In this document: one piece after another, positions 25,687 through 34,053 of the stretch
How positions within the stretch are numbered: the first letter of the stretch is position 1
How the letters are laid out: each line of letters begins with the position of its first letter
Assembly: GCA_016699555.1 (NCBI GenBank)
Contig: CP064981.1
Coordinates: 247,876-311,875, forward strand
DNA: 64,000 nucleotides
Source of the DNA: Candidatus Iainarchaeum sp.
Lineage (GTDB): Archaea > Iainarchaeota > Iainarchaeia > Iainarchaeales > VGJJ01
Reading direction: 5' to 3'
Notes under the pieces: model-generated
Database searches by the model: none
What the model saw: the letters and a program-made list of their open reading frames with translations, nothing else
What the model was told of the DNA's origin: nothing
Made by a program: the position numbers and the translations under genes

Positions 25687-25718
25687 TAAGCCATGGTGCA
25701 TCGGGGTGTTTTCTTTCC

Positions 25719-25946
25719 TTAATGCAGCAGCTTTTCAAATTCTTCTCGTGTTAAACCGGATTGGCGAATAATCGCGCGCAGTGTTCCAATCGAAATGACG
25801 GAGTGATTGGGGATAGTCAGTCTTCGGAAAGGTTCAGTTTTCTGGCGCAAAATCAAATGACTGCCTGTTTGATGATCAATCGCATATCCTAATTTGGCGA
25901 ATGTTTTGGCCAATTGCATTCCAGAAATAGGTTTGAGTCTAGGCAT
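25719..25946 (-). CDS. hicA: HicA-family mRNA interferase toxin
   Basis: 75 aa. ISGMQLAKTFAKLGYAIDHQTGSHLILRQ...IPNHSVISIGTLRAIIRQSGLTREEF. Confidence 0.85.
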   Translation of the reverse strand: MPRLKPISGMQLAKTFAKLGYAIDHQTGSHLILRQKTEPFRRLTIPNHSVISIGTLRAIIRQSGLTREEFEKLLH

Positions 25947-26166
25947 CGACTTCCACCGTCACTTCTTGAATGGACGGGGGAATGGGTTCGTTATGCTTCT
26001 TCAAACTCTCTAAGTAGCCCTGAATGGCATCCTTGATGTTGTCAATGGCCTCTTGGCGTGTCTTTCCTTGAGAAATACACCCAGGCAAAGAAGGACATTC
26101 GGCAACAAACATGCCATCGGTGTCTTGTTCGACTAACACTCTGAATTTCAACTGCATATCGTCCAT
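25939..26166 (-). CDS. hicB: HicB-family (UPF0150) antitoxin
   Basis: 75 aa. FRVLVEQDTDGMFVAECPSLPGCISQGKTRQEAIDNIKDAIQGYL. Overlaps hicA by 8 nt. Confidence 0.85.
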   Translation of the reverse strand: MDDMQLKFRVLVEQDTDGMFVAECPSLPGCISQGKTRQEAIDNIKDAIQGYLESLKKHNEPIPPSIQEVTVEVDA

Positions 26167-26267
26167 AAACTTAGGTCAGGCCATTTGATTTAAATCTATA
26201 GGGAAAATTTTCATGAATGCCTATTTTTACTGGGCAAACTTAAAAGCCGTCATTTGCTCTTTCACGC

Positions 26268-27734
26268 ATGCGCACACGCAAGGAAATGGATGCATTGGGA
26301 GTGAAGAATGTCCCCGCCGAATCCTTTGGGGGAATATTTTCCGTCCGCGCCAAAGAAAACTTCCATATCTCCTGGAGGCGCTTTCCAACGGAGTTTTTCA
26401 CGCAACTCGCGCATATCAAGCACGCCAATGCGCTCGTGCACATGCATGGCGGCCGCCTAGGAGAAAAAGAAGGAAAAGCCATCGTTGCGGCCGCAAAAGA
26501 AGTAGCGCAAGGGAAGTTCGCCATCGAATTCGGACTCGATGTATTCCAAGCAGGTGCGGGAACTCCTCTCAACATGACCATGAATGAAGTGATCGCCAAT
26601 CGTGCGCTGGACATATTGGGAGAACGCAAAGGCAAGTACGCGCGCATCCACCCCAACAATCATGTCAACATGGCCCAGTGCACCAATGATGTGATCCCTT
26701 CCGCGATCCGCATGGCCTGCGTGGAATTCTCCATCGGACTCGAGGACGAATTACAAAAGACGATCACTACGCTCCAAAAACAATCCAAGCGTTATGCGCA
26801 CTTGCTCAAAGTAGGGAGGACGCACTTGCAGGCGGCCGTTCCCATTACTTTTGGGCAAGAGCTCTCTGCGCACGCCGAAGCGCTCAAAGAATCCCTGCTG
26901 AAAATCAAGGCCGCGCGCGCAGGTTTGATGGAATTGCCTTTAGGGGGAACGGCCATCGGCACGGGAATCACTACCGAGCCCGGGGATGATGTGAAGGTCA
27001 TCAAAGAATTGCGCAAGATAGCCAAGCGACCCTACACTGCAAGCCAGCGCAAGTTCTTCCTGACCTCGCACATGAGCGCGTTAGGGAACTACTCGCATGC
27101 GCTTTCCGAGCTGGCGAGCGAGGGCATCATCCTGTGCAATGATTTGGTGCTGCTGGGGAGCGACCCCCTTGCGGGGATCGGAGAAGTGAAGTTGCCCGAG
27201 GTCGAGCCTGGTTCATCCATCATGCCGGGAAAGGTGAACCCGAGCATCGTGGAGGCATTCAAGATGGTGTGCTTGCAAGTGCAAGGGCATCACGAGACGA
27301 TCCGCTTAGGAATGGAGAGCACGCAGTTGGAATTGAATGTGATGACCCCTATCCTGGCAGCGGATCTATTCGAGAGTCAATTCATCCTCCATAATTCCTT
27401 GCACATGCTCCGAGAAAAATGCCTACGCGGACTCAAACCTACCCCCAAAATGCAGCAGCACGTGGAGCAAAGCCTTTCGTTCGCGACGGTGTTGAATCCT
27501 TACTTAGGATATGAGGTCGTCGCCCACTTCGTCAAGAAAGGATTCAAGCAACAACAGGGATTGGAACAACTGCTCGTCGCAGAGAATGTGTTAACGCCAA
27601 CGGAGATTTCGCGTTTGCTCAATCCCCGACACATCACACAACCCCAACGCGTGGACTTGCGTTTGAAAGAAGCCATCCAATCGCGGGCGGCCTATCGTTC
27701 CATCCTGCAAGAATTGCATCATTATTCGAAATAG
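26268..27734 (+). CDS. fumC: Class II fumarate hydratase / aspartate ammonia-lyase family enzyme
   Basis: 488 aa. GSSIMPGKVNP signature, TNDVIPSA, GRTHLQAAVPITFGQE. The fumarase assignment is favoured by the sdhAB neighbourhood; aspartase is not excluded. Confidence 0.8.
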   Translation: MRTRKEMDALGVKNVPAESFGGIFSVRAKENFHISWRRFPTEFFTQLAHIKHANALVHMHGGRLGEKEGKAIVAAAKEVAQGKFAIEFGLDVFQAGAGTPLNMTMNEVIANRALDILGERKGKYARIHPNNHVNMAQCTNDVIPSAIRMACVEFSIGLEDELQKTITTLQKQSKRYAHLLKVGRTHLQAAVPITFGQELSAHAEALKESLLKIKAARAGLMELPLGGTAIGTGITTEPGDDVKVIKELRKIAKRPYTASQRKFFLTSHMSALGNYSHALSELASEGIILCNDLVLLGSDPLAGIGEVKLPEVEPGSSIMPGKVNPSIVEAFKMVCLQVQGHHETIRLGMESTQLELNVMTPILAADLFESQFILHNSLHMLREKCLRGLKPTPKMQQHVEQSLSFATVLNPYLGYEVVAHFVKKGFKQQQGLEQLLVAENVLTPTEISRLLNPRHITQPQRVDLRLKEAIQSRAAYRSILQELHHYSK

Positions 27735-27771
27735 TCTCTTTTATAAAATCGGGGAGGCGCATGGCTATGAG

Positions 27772-28200
27772 ATGACGCGCCGCTATTTCACCCTCGCCGA
27801 AGCCCAACGCGCCTTGCCGAAAGTAAAGCTGCATCTCGAGAAACTCATGGCGTTGCAAGACGAAGTAATCGCATTGTCGGGCGTAAAAGTGCACGCGGAA
27901 CAGATGGACCTCACCGCGCATGTCTTGGCCATCAACATCAACAAGCGCTTCCATGAACTATCATTCAAGTATTATGCCGAACTCGAAGCGGTCACGAAGC
28001 TAGGCGTGCATATCAAGGACGTCTCACAGGGGATCGTGGATTTCTATTCCAAGCTCGGGGAAAAAGACATCATGCTCTGCTGGCAGTTCGATGAACCCGC
28101 GATACTCCACTATCACACCGAAGAAGATGGATTCGAGGGACGGAAACCCATCCAGGAATTGAACCAAAAGCTGGCCGAAGAAATAAGGTCCTTGCTCTGA
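27772..28200 (+). CDS. DUF2203-family protein
   Basis: 142 aa. YFTLAEAQRALPKV...GVHIKDVSQGIVDFYS...IMLCWQFDEPAILHYHTEEDGFEGRKPI matches my recollection of the DUF2203 pattern. Confidence 0.65.
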   Translation: MTRRYFTLAEAQRALPKVKLHLEKLMALQDEVIALSGVKVHAEQMDLTAHVLAININKRFHELSFKYYAELEAVTKLGVHIKDVSQGIVDFYSKLGEKDIMLCWQFDEPAILHYHTEEDGFEGRKPIQELNQKLAEEIRSLL

Positions 28201-28290
28201 GGGATTTCAACGCTACCGAGGCTTATTTTGGGCGCTTTTTCTAACTTTTCAAGGGTGGCTTTTTAGTGGTTGAGCCCCTATGATTGGTCT

Positions 28291-28923
28291 ATGCTATCGC
28301 ATCCCCAGCGCGTGAAAAAATACACCCAAATGTATGAGCTTGGGGTCATCGTCCGCGATCATGCCATGCAGGACTACCATGCATTCTTGACCAACTTAGG
28401 AGAAGCAAAAACCCTCTCCCAACTCGTCGAGGAAGTGCTCGCGCGCAAGAAGCAATGCCAGATCCTGGACTTGGGCTGCGGGAACGGCCAAGCGCTCATG
28501 GATCTCAAAACGCAATTCGGGAAGCGCGTGCATGTGACCGGAATCGATCTCCTTCCCTGCACCAGCAAACTCGATGAATTCATCCAAGGGGATGCCATCG
28601 AATGGGAATGGCCCCGCCATCAAGATCTGATCCTGTGCTTCCGCGCAGCGCATGAGATGGGGAACGTCTCCAAGTTCTTGACCAAGATCCTCGCCAATCT
28701 CACGCAGGGCGGAAAGGCATTCGCGTGGATCCGCACGAAAGAGATCATCAACGGCAAAGTGCGCTACCTGGGAGAGATCACCATCGAAGAAGAGGCCTTC
28801 CTGAAAAAACTCTCCGCGTTCACCAGCTATGGTGGGGCCAAACTCCAGTGCAAGCCCATGGAAGGCATGCTCAATGGGACGAAACAGTTCGGATTCGCGC
28901 TCATTGTCGAGAAACCACTCTGA
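28291..28923 (+). CDS. Class I SAM-dependent methyltransferase
   Basis: Motif I ILDLGCGNGQALMDL, motif II-like VHVTGIDL. The track ORF starts at TTG 28270; the first ATG is 28291. Confidence 0.75.
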   Translation: MLSHPQRVKKYTQMYELGVIVRDHAMQDYHAFLTNLGEAKTLSQLVEEVLARKKQCQILDLGCGNGQALMDLKTQFGKRVHVTGIDLLPCTSKLDEFIQGDAIEWEWPRHQDLILCFRAAHEMGNVSKFLTKILANLTQGGKAFAWIRTKEIINGKVRYLGEITIEEEAFLKKLSAFTSYGGAKLQCKPMEGMLNGTKQFGFALIVEKPL

Positions 28924-28990
28924 CATTTCCGCGTGCCTTTAATGCATTTCCTCGCGTAAATGACTATTCGTAAAAGGAGTTGATTTTCTC

Positions 28991-29605
28991 ATGACCGCTG
29001 TCAAACCACTAACCTACAAATCCTTGCAAGGACTATCCGAGAAACAGCTGGCCGAACACCACGACGTGCTCTATGCGGGTTACGTCAAGAAGACGGATGA
29101 GATCCGCGAGAAATTGAAAACAGTCGACCATTCCACTGCGAACGGAACCTATGCGGAGTTACGCGAACTCAAACTCGAAGAAGGATTCGCCGTCAATGGG
29201 GTGCGCTTGCACGAAGGGTACTTCGCTGCATTGGGCGGACAAGGTGGAAAGCCCACCGGAAACTTGCTCAAGATGATCGAGGAAGACTTCGGTTCCTATG
29301 AGAAATGGGAATCGGAATTCAAAGCCATGGGATTGGCCGCACGCGGATGGGTGGTGTTGGCATTCGACTGGGAAGACATGAAATTGCACAATTTTTTGTG
29401 CGACGCCCACAACCACGGAGGAATTTGGGGATGCTCGACCGTTCTGATCTTGGACGTGTACGAGCACGCCTACTTCTTGGACTATGGCACTGCGAGAAAG
29501 AAATACATCGACGTGTTCATGCAGAACCTGAACTGGGAATTGGTGCAACAAAAAATGGACAGCATGCAAGTCTATGAGATGCGCCAACAGCATCTCAAGC
29601 AGTAG
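28991..29605 (+). CDS. sod: Fe/Mn superoxide dismutase
   Basis: 204 aa. HHDVLYAGYV, VNGVRLHEGYF, LDVYEHAYFLDYGTARKKYI. Confidence 0.95.
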   Translation: MTAVKPLTYKSLQGLSEKQLAEHHDVLYAGYVKKTDEIREKLKTVDHSTANGTYAELRELKLEEGFAVNGVRLHEGYFAALGGQGGKPTGNLLKMIEEDFGSYEKWESEFKAMGLAARGWVVLAFDWEDMKLHNFLCDAHNHGGIWGCSTVLILDVYEHAYFLDYGTARKKYIDVFMQNLNWELVQQKMDSMQVYEMRQQHLKQ

Positions 29606-29616
29606 TGCTCTCCGTA

Positions 29617-30447
29617 TTACGCCGCGGGCAATAGGAGCTCGCGCGCCGTAATGTTAAAGGTGTTAATCCCCATTTTTTGATGTAATTTTAGCATGCGCTC
29701 CACCATGGCGCCAGCCGTATCATATCCATTTGCCTCAACTGAGTACCACTTCGTCCCCGGCACATCGTGCAACAATTGGGCCATTGCAAATCCCGCACGC
29801 ACGAAATCATCTCCATATCGCTTCTTGAATTCCTGGATGTTGCGGGGTTGTCTAGCATAATATTTCGCCATCCCCAAATCGATCATCGTCAGACGCCCTT
29901 TCTTATCGACCATGAAATTGTTGATGTGCGGGTGCCCATGAACCACTCCTGCTGCGTGCATGCGCGTAATCATTCGGATCATTTGAGCAATTGCTCGACG
30001 GCAGTCGCGTAGGGGGGAATGGCCAATTCCGTATTGCGAAATGAGCAATGGCGCATTTTCTCCGCGCGCAAATAATTCTTTCCCGTCTTTCAAGTCCATC
30101 ATCGGTTCTTCCACACGAATGCCGGCTTTCTTCAATCGCTCACGAATCAACCGCGTGCGTGGAGGGACGGTCTTCATAAAATAATCCGACATATGCGCCA
30201 TCGCGCGCAGGTTCTGGAAAATTTTCTCGGTTGCCGCAATAGCTTCAACCGGTCTTCCTTTCCTATCAAACTCACGGCGTGCCTCCATCCACCCTCGAAC
30301 ATTTCGGTGTCCCTCGTGCTGGGGATGGATAAATGCATAAGTCCCTTTTCTATCCGGATTGCCCGTGCGATGATTGATGCTTACGGGCGTGGGATACAGT
30401 AGCTTGCCCGAATAGACAATGGGCTTACTCCGCGGGCGCTTGGGCAT
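29617..30447 (-). CDS. Atypical protein-kinase-like (RIO/Kdo-kinase-like) protein
   Basis: 276 aa. MHAAGVVHGHPHINNFMVDKKGRLTMIDLGMAK resembles a catalytic loop plus a DFG-like IDLG. Basic N-terminus MPKRPRSKP. Confidence 0.55.
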   Translation of the reverse strand: MPKRPRSKPIVYSGKLLYPTPVSINHRTGNPDRKGTYAFIHPQHEGHRNVRGWMEARREFDRKGRPVEAIAATEKIFQNLRAMAHMSDYFMKTVPPRTRLIRERLKKAGIRVEEPMMDLKDGKELFARGENAPLLISQYGIGHSPLRDCRRAIAQMIRMITRMHAAGVVHGHPHINNFMVDKKGRLTMIDLGMAKYYARQPRNIQEFKKRYGDDFVRAGFAMAQLLHDVPGTKWYSVEANGYDTAGAMVERMLKLHQKMGINTFNITARELLLPAA

Positions 30448-30525
30448 GCAGGGAAATCCATTTTGAGGGTTTTAACGCTTGCCTTGGCAGGCTTTTAAAC
30501 GATTCCCACGCGAAATACTAGTATT

Positions 30526-31704
30526 ATGCCCCAACACGAACACTATGATGTCGCCGTCATCGGAGCCGGCCCCGCTGGAGGAAGCGCTGCCTTGCATGCG
30601 GCCAAGCTCGGGCTCAAGACCGTCATCCTCGAAGAACACAACGTGATTGGGGAACCCGTGCATTGTGGGGAATGCCTTTCCGGGATCGCCGAGGAACGCT
30701 TCGGCATGCGCTTCCCGAAAGAGGTCGTCTCTCTTCCCGTGAAGGGAGTGAAGGTCCTTTTCCCCGACAAGCATAACTGCAAGCTCACCGAGAAAGGGTA
30801 TGTGTTGGAAAAGCACACCTTCGAGCAATGGATTTCGGGCGAGGCACAGAACAAAGGGGCAGAACTCTCCCTAGGCACGCGCGTGCAGGAATTGAAGCGC
30901 GAAAATAACGATTGGCATCTTACTACGAGCAAAGGAAATGTCCGCGCCAAAATCGTACTGGATGGCAGCGGTGCCGCAGGCGTTGCGAATCGCATGCTCA
31001 ATTTGAATCCCAAATTCAAAGTCACGACAGGAATCCAATACGAGATGAAAGATATCCCCAACGATGGATACTTGCACTTCTACCTCTGGCCGCGCCTAGC
31101 CCCCGAAGGATACCTGTGGATGATCCCCAAGTCCAATGGACGCGCCAACGTGGGATTGGTCACGCACGAAATCACGAACGCCAAGAAATATTTGGACCAA
31201 TTCGTCTTGGAAATGGGGTGGAAAGAGAATGTCGTCGTGAAAACATTCGGCGGACCCATTCCGTCTTCGGGCCCTGTAAAGAATACATTCACGGACGGCA
31301 TGATGCTCATCGGTGATGCGGCTGGGTTCACCTCTCCCCTATTCGAAGGCGGGACCCAATTGAGTTTGGTTTCAGGAAGATTCGCTGCCGAAGTGGCAAA
31401 AGACGCCATTACCCAAAACCGCACCGACGCCGCTTTCTTGCAAAAGTATGAGCGGATGTGGAAGAGCGAATTCCCTTCCTATCAGAAAATCATCAAGGGA
31501 AAGAATGCCTTGTATGCCTTGAGCGATGAAGAGCTCAATCGCGTGGGACATCTCATGCCCAATGAATTGTCCAATCTCTCTTCGTGGGATAAGGCCATGG
31601 TAGGAGTGAATGTCCTGTCCAAGCACTACGACCTCTACCGCAAGGGCATCGTGGACGTATTCCTCGCCTTCGGTTATTCGCGCGCCGCCCATTATGGGTG
31701 GTAG
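30526..31704 (+). CDS. Geranylgeranyl reductase family FAD-dependent oxidoreductase (second paralogue)
   Basis: 392 aa. YDVAVIGAGPAGGSAALHAAKLGLKTVILEE, HCGECLS, GDAAGFTSPLFEGG. Confidence 0.8.
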   Translation: MPQHEHYDVAVIGAGPAGGSAALHAAKLGLKTVILEEHNVIGEPVHCGECLSGIAEERFGMRFPKEVVSLPVKGVKVLFPDKHNCKLTEKGYVLEKHTFEQWISGEAQNKGAELSLGTRVQELKRENNDWHLTTSKGNVRAKIVLDGSGAAGVANRMLNLNPKFKVTTGIQYEMKDIPNDGYLHFYLWPRLAPEGYLWMIPKSNGRANVGLVTHEITNAKKYLDQFVLEMGWKENVVVKTFGGPIPSSGPVKNTFTDGMMLIGDAAGFTSPLFEGGTQLSLVSGRFAAEVAKDAITQNRTDAAFLQKYERMWKSEFPSYQKIIKGKNALYALSDEELNRVGHLMPNELSNLSSWDKAMVGVNVLSKHYDLYRKGIVDVFLAFGYSRAAHYGW

Positions 31705-31818
31705 CTCTGCGTGAGGGTTTCAGTAATTGTCCTTTTCGATATGATGTTCTATATTAGAAAATTTTACATAACCTTTTATTTTCGATGTATGTACTAGCCG
31801 CAGGGAGTTGGTTGGTCA

Positions 31819-32454
31819 ATGGAAAAGAATTACTTATTACTAATTGGAATACTGGTTATAGGATTTGTTGGGGGGTACCTTTTTCACTCCCCCATAATAG
31901 AAACTGATCACGTTGAAACGAACTCTGATTCAGTAAAATTGACTGAGGCCAAAACGTATTTTGATTCTCCCGCTAGTCAAGGTTATACTGATTTAACGCA
32001 TAATTCTATTCCAACCAAAATGAGCTTGCAGGGAAGGGTAACGGATTTTAATGATGCTGAAATAGATGATGCGAATCTAGGTGTAAAGATTTCGGATGCG
32101 AATTCGTGTTCTTCTCAAGTGTTCTTTGATTACAATTATTTTGGTGCTATCCAAGATGGGTCATTCAATGTGTTGCTTGGGCAGAATGAAGTGCTGCCCT
32201 TGAATTATAACAAAGACTATTACATGTGCTTGTATGTGAATGGTGAACAATTATCCGGTCCGCAGGTGTTTCGTGGTGGACAGGGGGAAGTGCATTCAGA
32301 GCAGTTGTTTGATGGGAATGCAACGGTTCCTTTAGATGTGAATTATGTGAAGATTCGGAATGATTTGAATGTGGTGGGAGACATTCAGTTGGGTTGTGGT
32401 CGTATTTATTGGGATAACAATAATCACGCGATTAACATTCAGGTGAACTGCTGA
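31819..32454 (+). CDS. N-terminally anchored extracellular protein; gene 1 of the AT-rich island operon
   Basis: 211 aa. TM LLLIGILVIGFVGGYLF; N/D-rich ectodomain with 4 Cys. The stop is 1 nt before the next start. Confidence 0.7.
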   Translation: MEKNYLLLIGILVIGFVGGYLFHSPIIETDHVETNSDSVKLTEAKTYFDSPASQGYTDLTHNSIPTKMSLQGRVTDFNDAEIDDANLGVKISDANSCSSQVFFDYNYFGAIQDGSFNVLLGQNEVLPLNYNKDYYMCLYVNGEQLSGPQVFRGGQGEVHSEQLFDGNATVPLDVNYVKIRNDLNVVGDIQLGCGRIYWDNNNHAINIQVNC

Positions 32455-32455
32455 T

Positions 32456-33232
32456 ATGAACAAAGAAAAGCTAGCCATCGGACTAGGATTAGCCATCCTA
32501 TTGTTCGCAGGATTTGGAGTTCATGCACAACTAGTAGCCAATGAGCAACTCCAAAATGCAATCAATAATGGAGTGGCGTTTTTAGATTCTCAGTCAAACT
32601 ATGATGCGACTGATATTGCTGTTTTGGCCGTGTTGGATGGAGTTGCTCCGTCTTACCAGTTTAAGCAAAAAGCTATTCAGCGCGTCGATCAATTAGATGA
32701 AAATCATACGTTTTGGCGTAAATGGTTGTTGGATGAGCCAATTAACTTGAATGAACTGACCCCGTTTGAAGTCAATCTCAAATACAATTTAATGTATGCC
32801 AAGGCACTCACTTGTACAGATTTAAGCAATGAGACGATTCAATCGCTTGCCAATCTCGTTGATAATCCTCAAGAGGAATTTGGAAATTATAATAACGAAC
32901 ACGCAATTCTGATTTTACAATTGTATAATCAATGTCCGAATGCGAGTGTTTTTTCAACAGTAATTTCGAATACCTTAAATCAGCAAAAGCATGCCATTCT
33001 TTCTCAAGCATCTTCTTCTAGTTTGGATGAGCAATTGGAACGTTATTGTGTGTTAGGTTTAGCAGGTCAGCAATTGACGCAATCTCAGTTGAATGAGATT
33101 CTTTTGTTGCAGCAAGTGGATGGTGGTTGGTCAACGGATTATGATCTCAGCAAAAGCACGACCTATGTGCATCCTACTGCTCTTGCCTTGTGTGCGCTCA
33201 TCAAATCTCAACAGAATGGGGTTTTGCCATGA
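32456..33232 (+). CDS. Signal-peptide protein with prenyltransferase/terpene-cyclase-like alpha/alpha-toroid repeat; gene 2 of the island operon
   Basis: 258 aa. LAIGLGLAILLFAGFGVHAQ; QW-type motif LLLQQVDGGWS; helical-repeat-like composition. Confidence 0.65.
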   Translation: MNKEKLAIGLGLAILLFAGFGVHAQLVANEQLQNAINNGVAFLDSQSNYDATDIAVLAVLDGVAPSYQFKQKAIQRVDQLDENHTFWRKWLLDEPINLNELTPFEVNLKYNLMYAKALTCTDLSNETIQSLANLVDNPQEEFGNYNNEHAILILQLYNQCPNASVFSTVISNTLNQQKHAILSQASSSSLDEQLERYCVLGLAGQQLTQSQLNEILLLQQVDGGWSTDYDLSKSTTYVHPTALALCALIKSQQNGVLP

Positions 33233-34053
33233 AGCGAATCCTATTCATTAGTCTATTACTATTATTTTTTGCTGTGAATGCGCATGCGGGAACGTGTAGT
33301 GTTCCGGACATTACCATTGCTCTTTCTGGTGGGGGGCTTGTGACCTATACGAATGATGATTTTGGTGTTTTGGCCGGTAGCCAAGTGACAGTGCAATGCG
33401 CCTGGTCGTTTGATCCGGCTCCGAGTACTTCTTGTACGTGTACGCAGGGTGATGCGAATTGTTATGGGGTGTGGATGACGAATGTTTTTCAGAATGGTGA
33501 TTTCAACACGTTAAGTCAAATACCTCAAACTTTAATGAGTGATATTGATTGTTCAGGCGCCTGGTGTGCCACCCAAGGTCGTCCGACAGAGGATTTGAAA
33601 ATCACACGCACGATTACGGCGTATAATGATGTTTCGCATGTGGTTGCATGCGGATTTCGTGAAGGACAAAACCCCGCCAATAATCAGATTTCACGTCAAG
33701 TGAAATTGCATGCGTATGCTGGAGATCAATGTCTTCCCTCTGATTCAGGTGATTTTGGAATTGACGGTGACTGTCACTTTCACGATAATGAGGTGTTAGT
33801 GGCAGCTAACTATTTGATTCAACCAGGCACTACCCATACGTTAGTGGACACTAATGTGCGTTTCACGGATCAAGCGGCTGTTCCGCATATGATTAGTGTG
33901 ATGGGAGAGTTTGACTTCAATGGAAATGGTCAATTTTTGCCGCAATTAACTCAAAGGGATAGTGGTAAAATCATTTTGGGTTTTATTGGCATTTTATTCA
34001 TCGGTTTAATTTTATTCACTGCCTCTAAAAATGAAACGGGGGCACTTGGGTGA
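33229..34053 (+). CDS. Cys-rich secreted protein with C-terminal TM anchor; gene 3 of the island operon
   Basis: ATG 33229 overlaps the upstream stop (ATGA). MKRILFISLLLLFFAVNAHAGTC signal, >10 Cys, C-terminal IILGFIGILFIGLILF. Confidence 0.7.
   Translation: MKRILFISLLLLFFAVNAHAGTCSVPDITIALSGGGLVTYTNDDFGVLAGSQVTVQCAWSFDPAPSTSCTCTQGDANCYGVWMTNVFQNGDFNTLSQIPQTLMSDIDCSGAWCATQGRPTEDLKITRTITAYNDVSHVVACGFREGQNPANNQISRQVKLHAYAGDQCLPSDSGDFGIDGDCHFHDNEVLVAANYLIQPGTTHTLVDTNVRFTDQAAVPHMISVMGEFDFNGNGQFLPQLTQRDSGKIILGFIGILFIGLILFTASKNETGALG

Noticed and set aside
31721-31729. 9-nt direct repeat CAGTAATTG at both edges of the AT-rich island (31721-31729 and 38574-38582) as possible att sites
   Set aside because: It is too short and too AT-rich to be significant in 7 kb of AT-rich DNA. 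No integrase or tRNA target is present.
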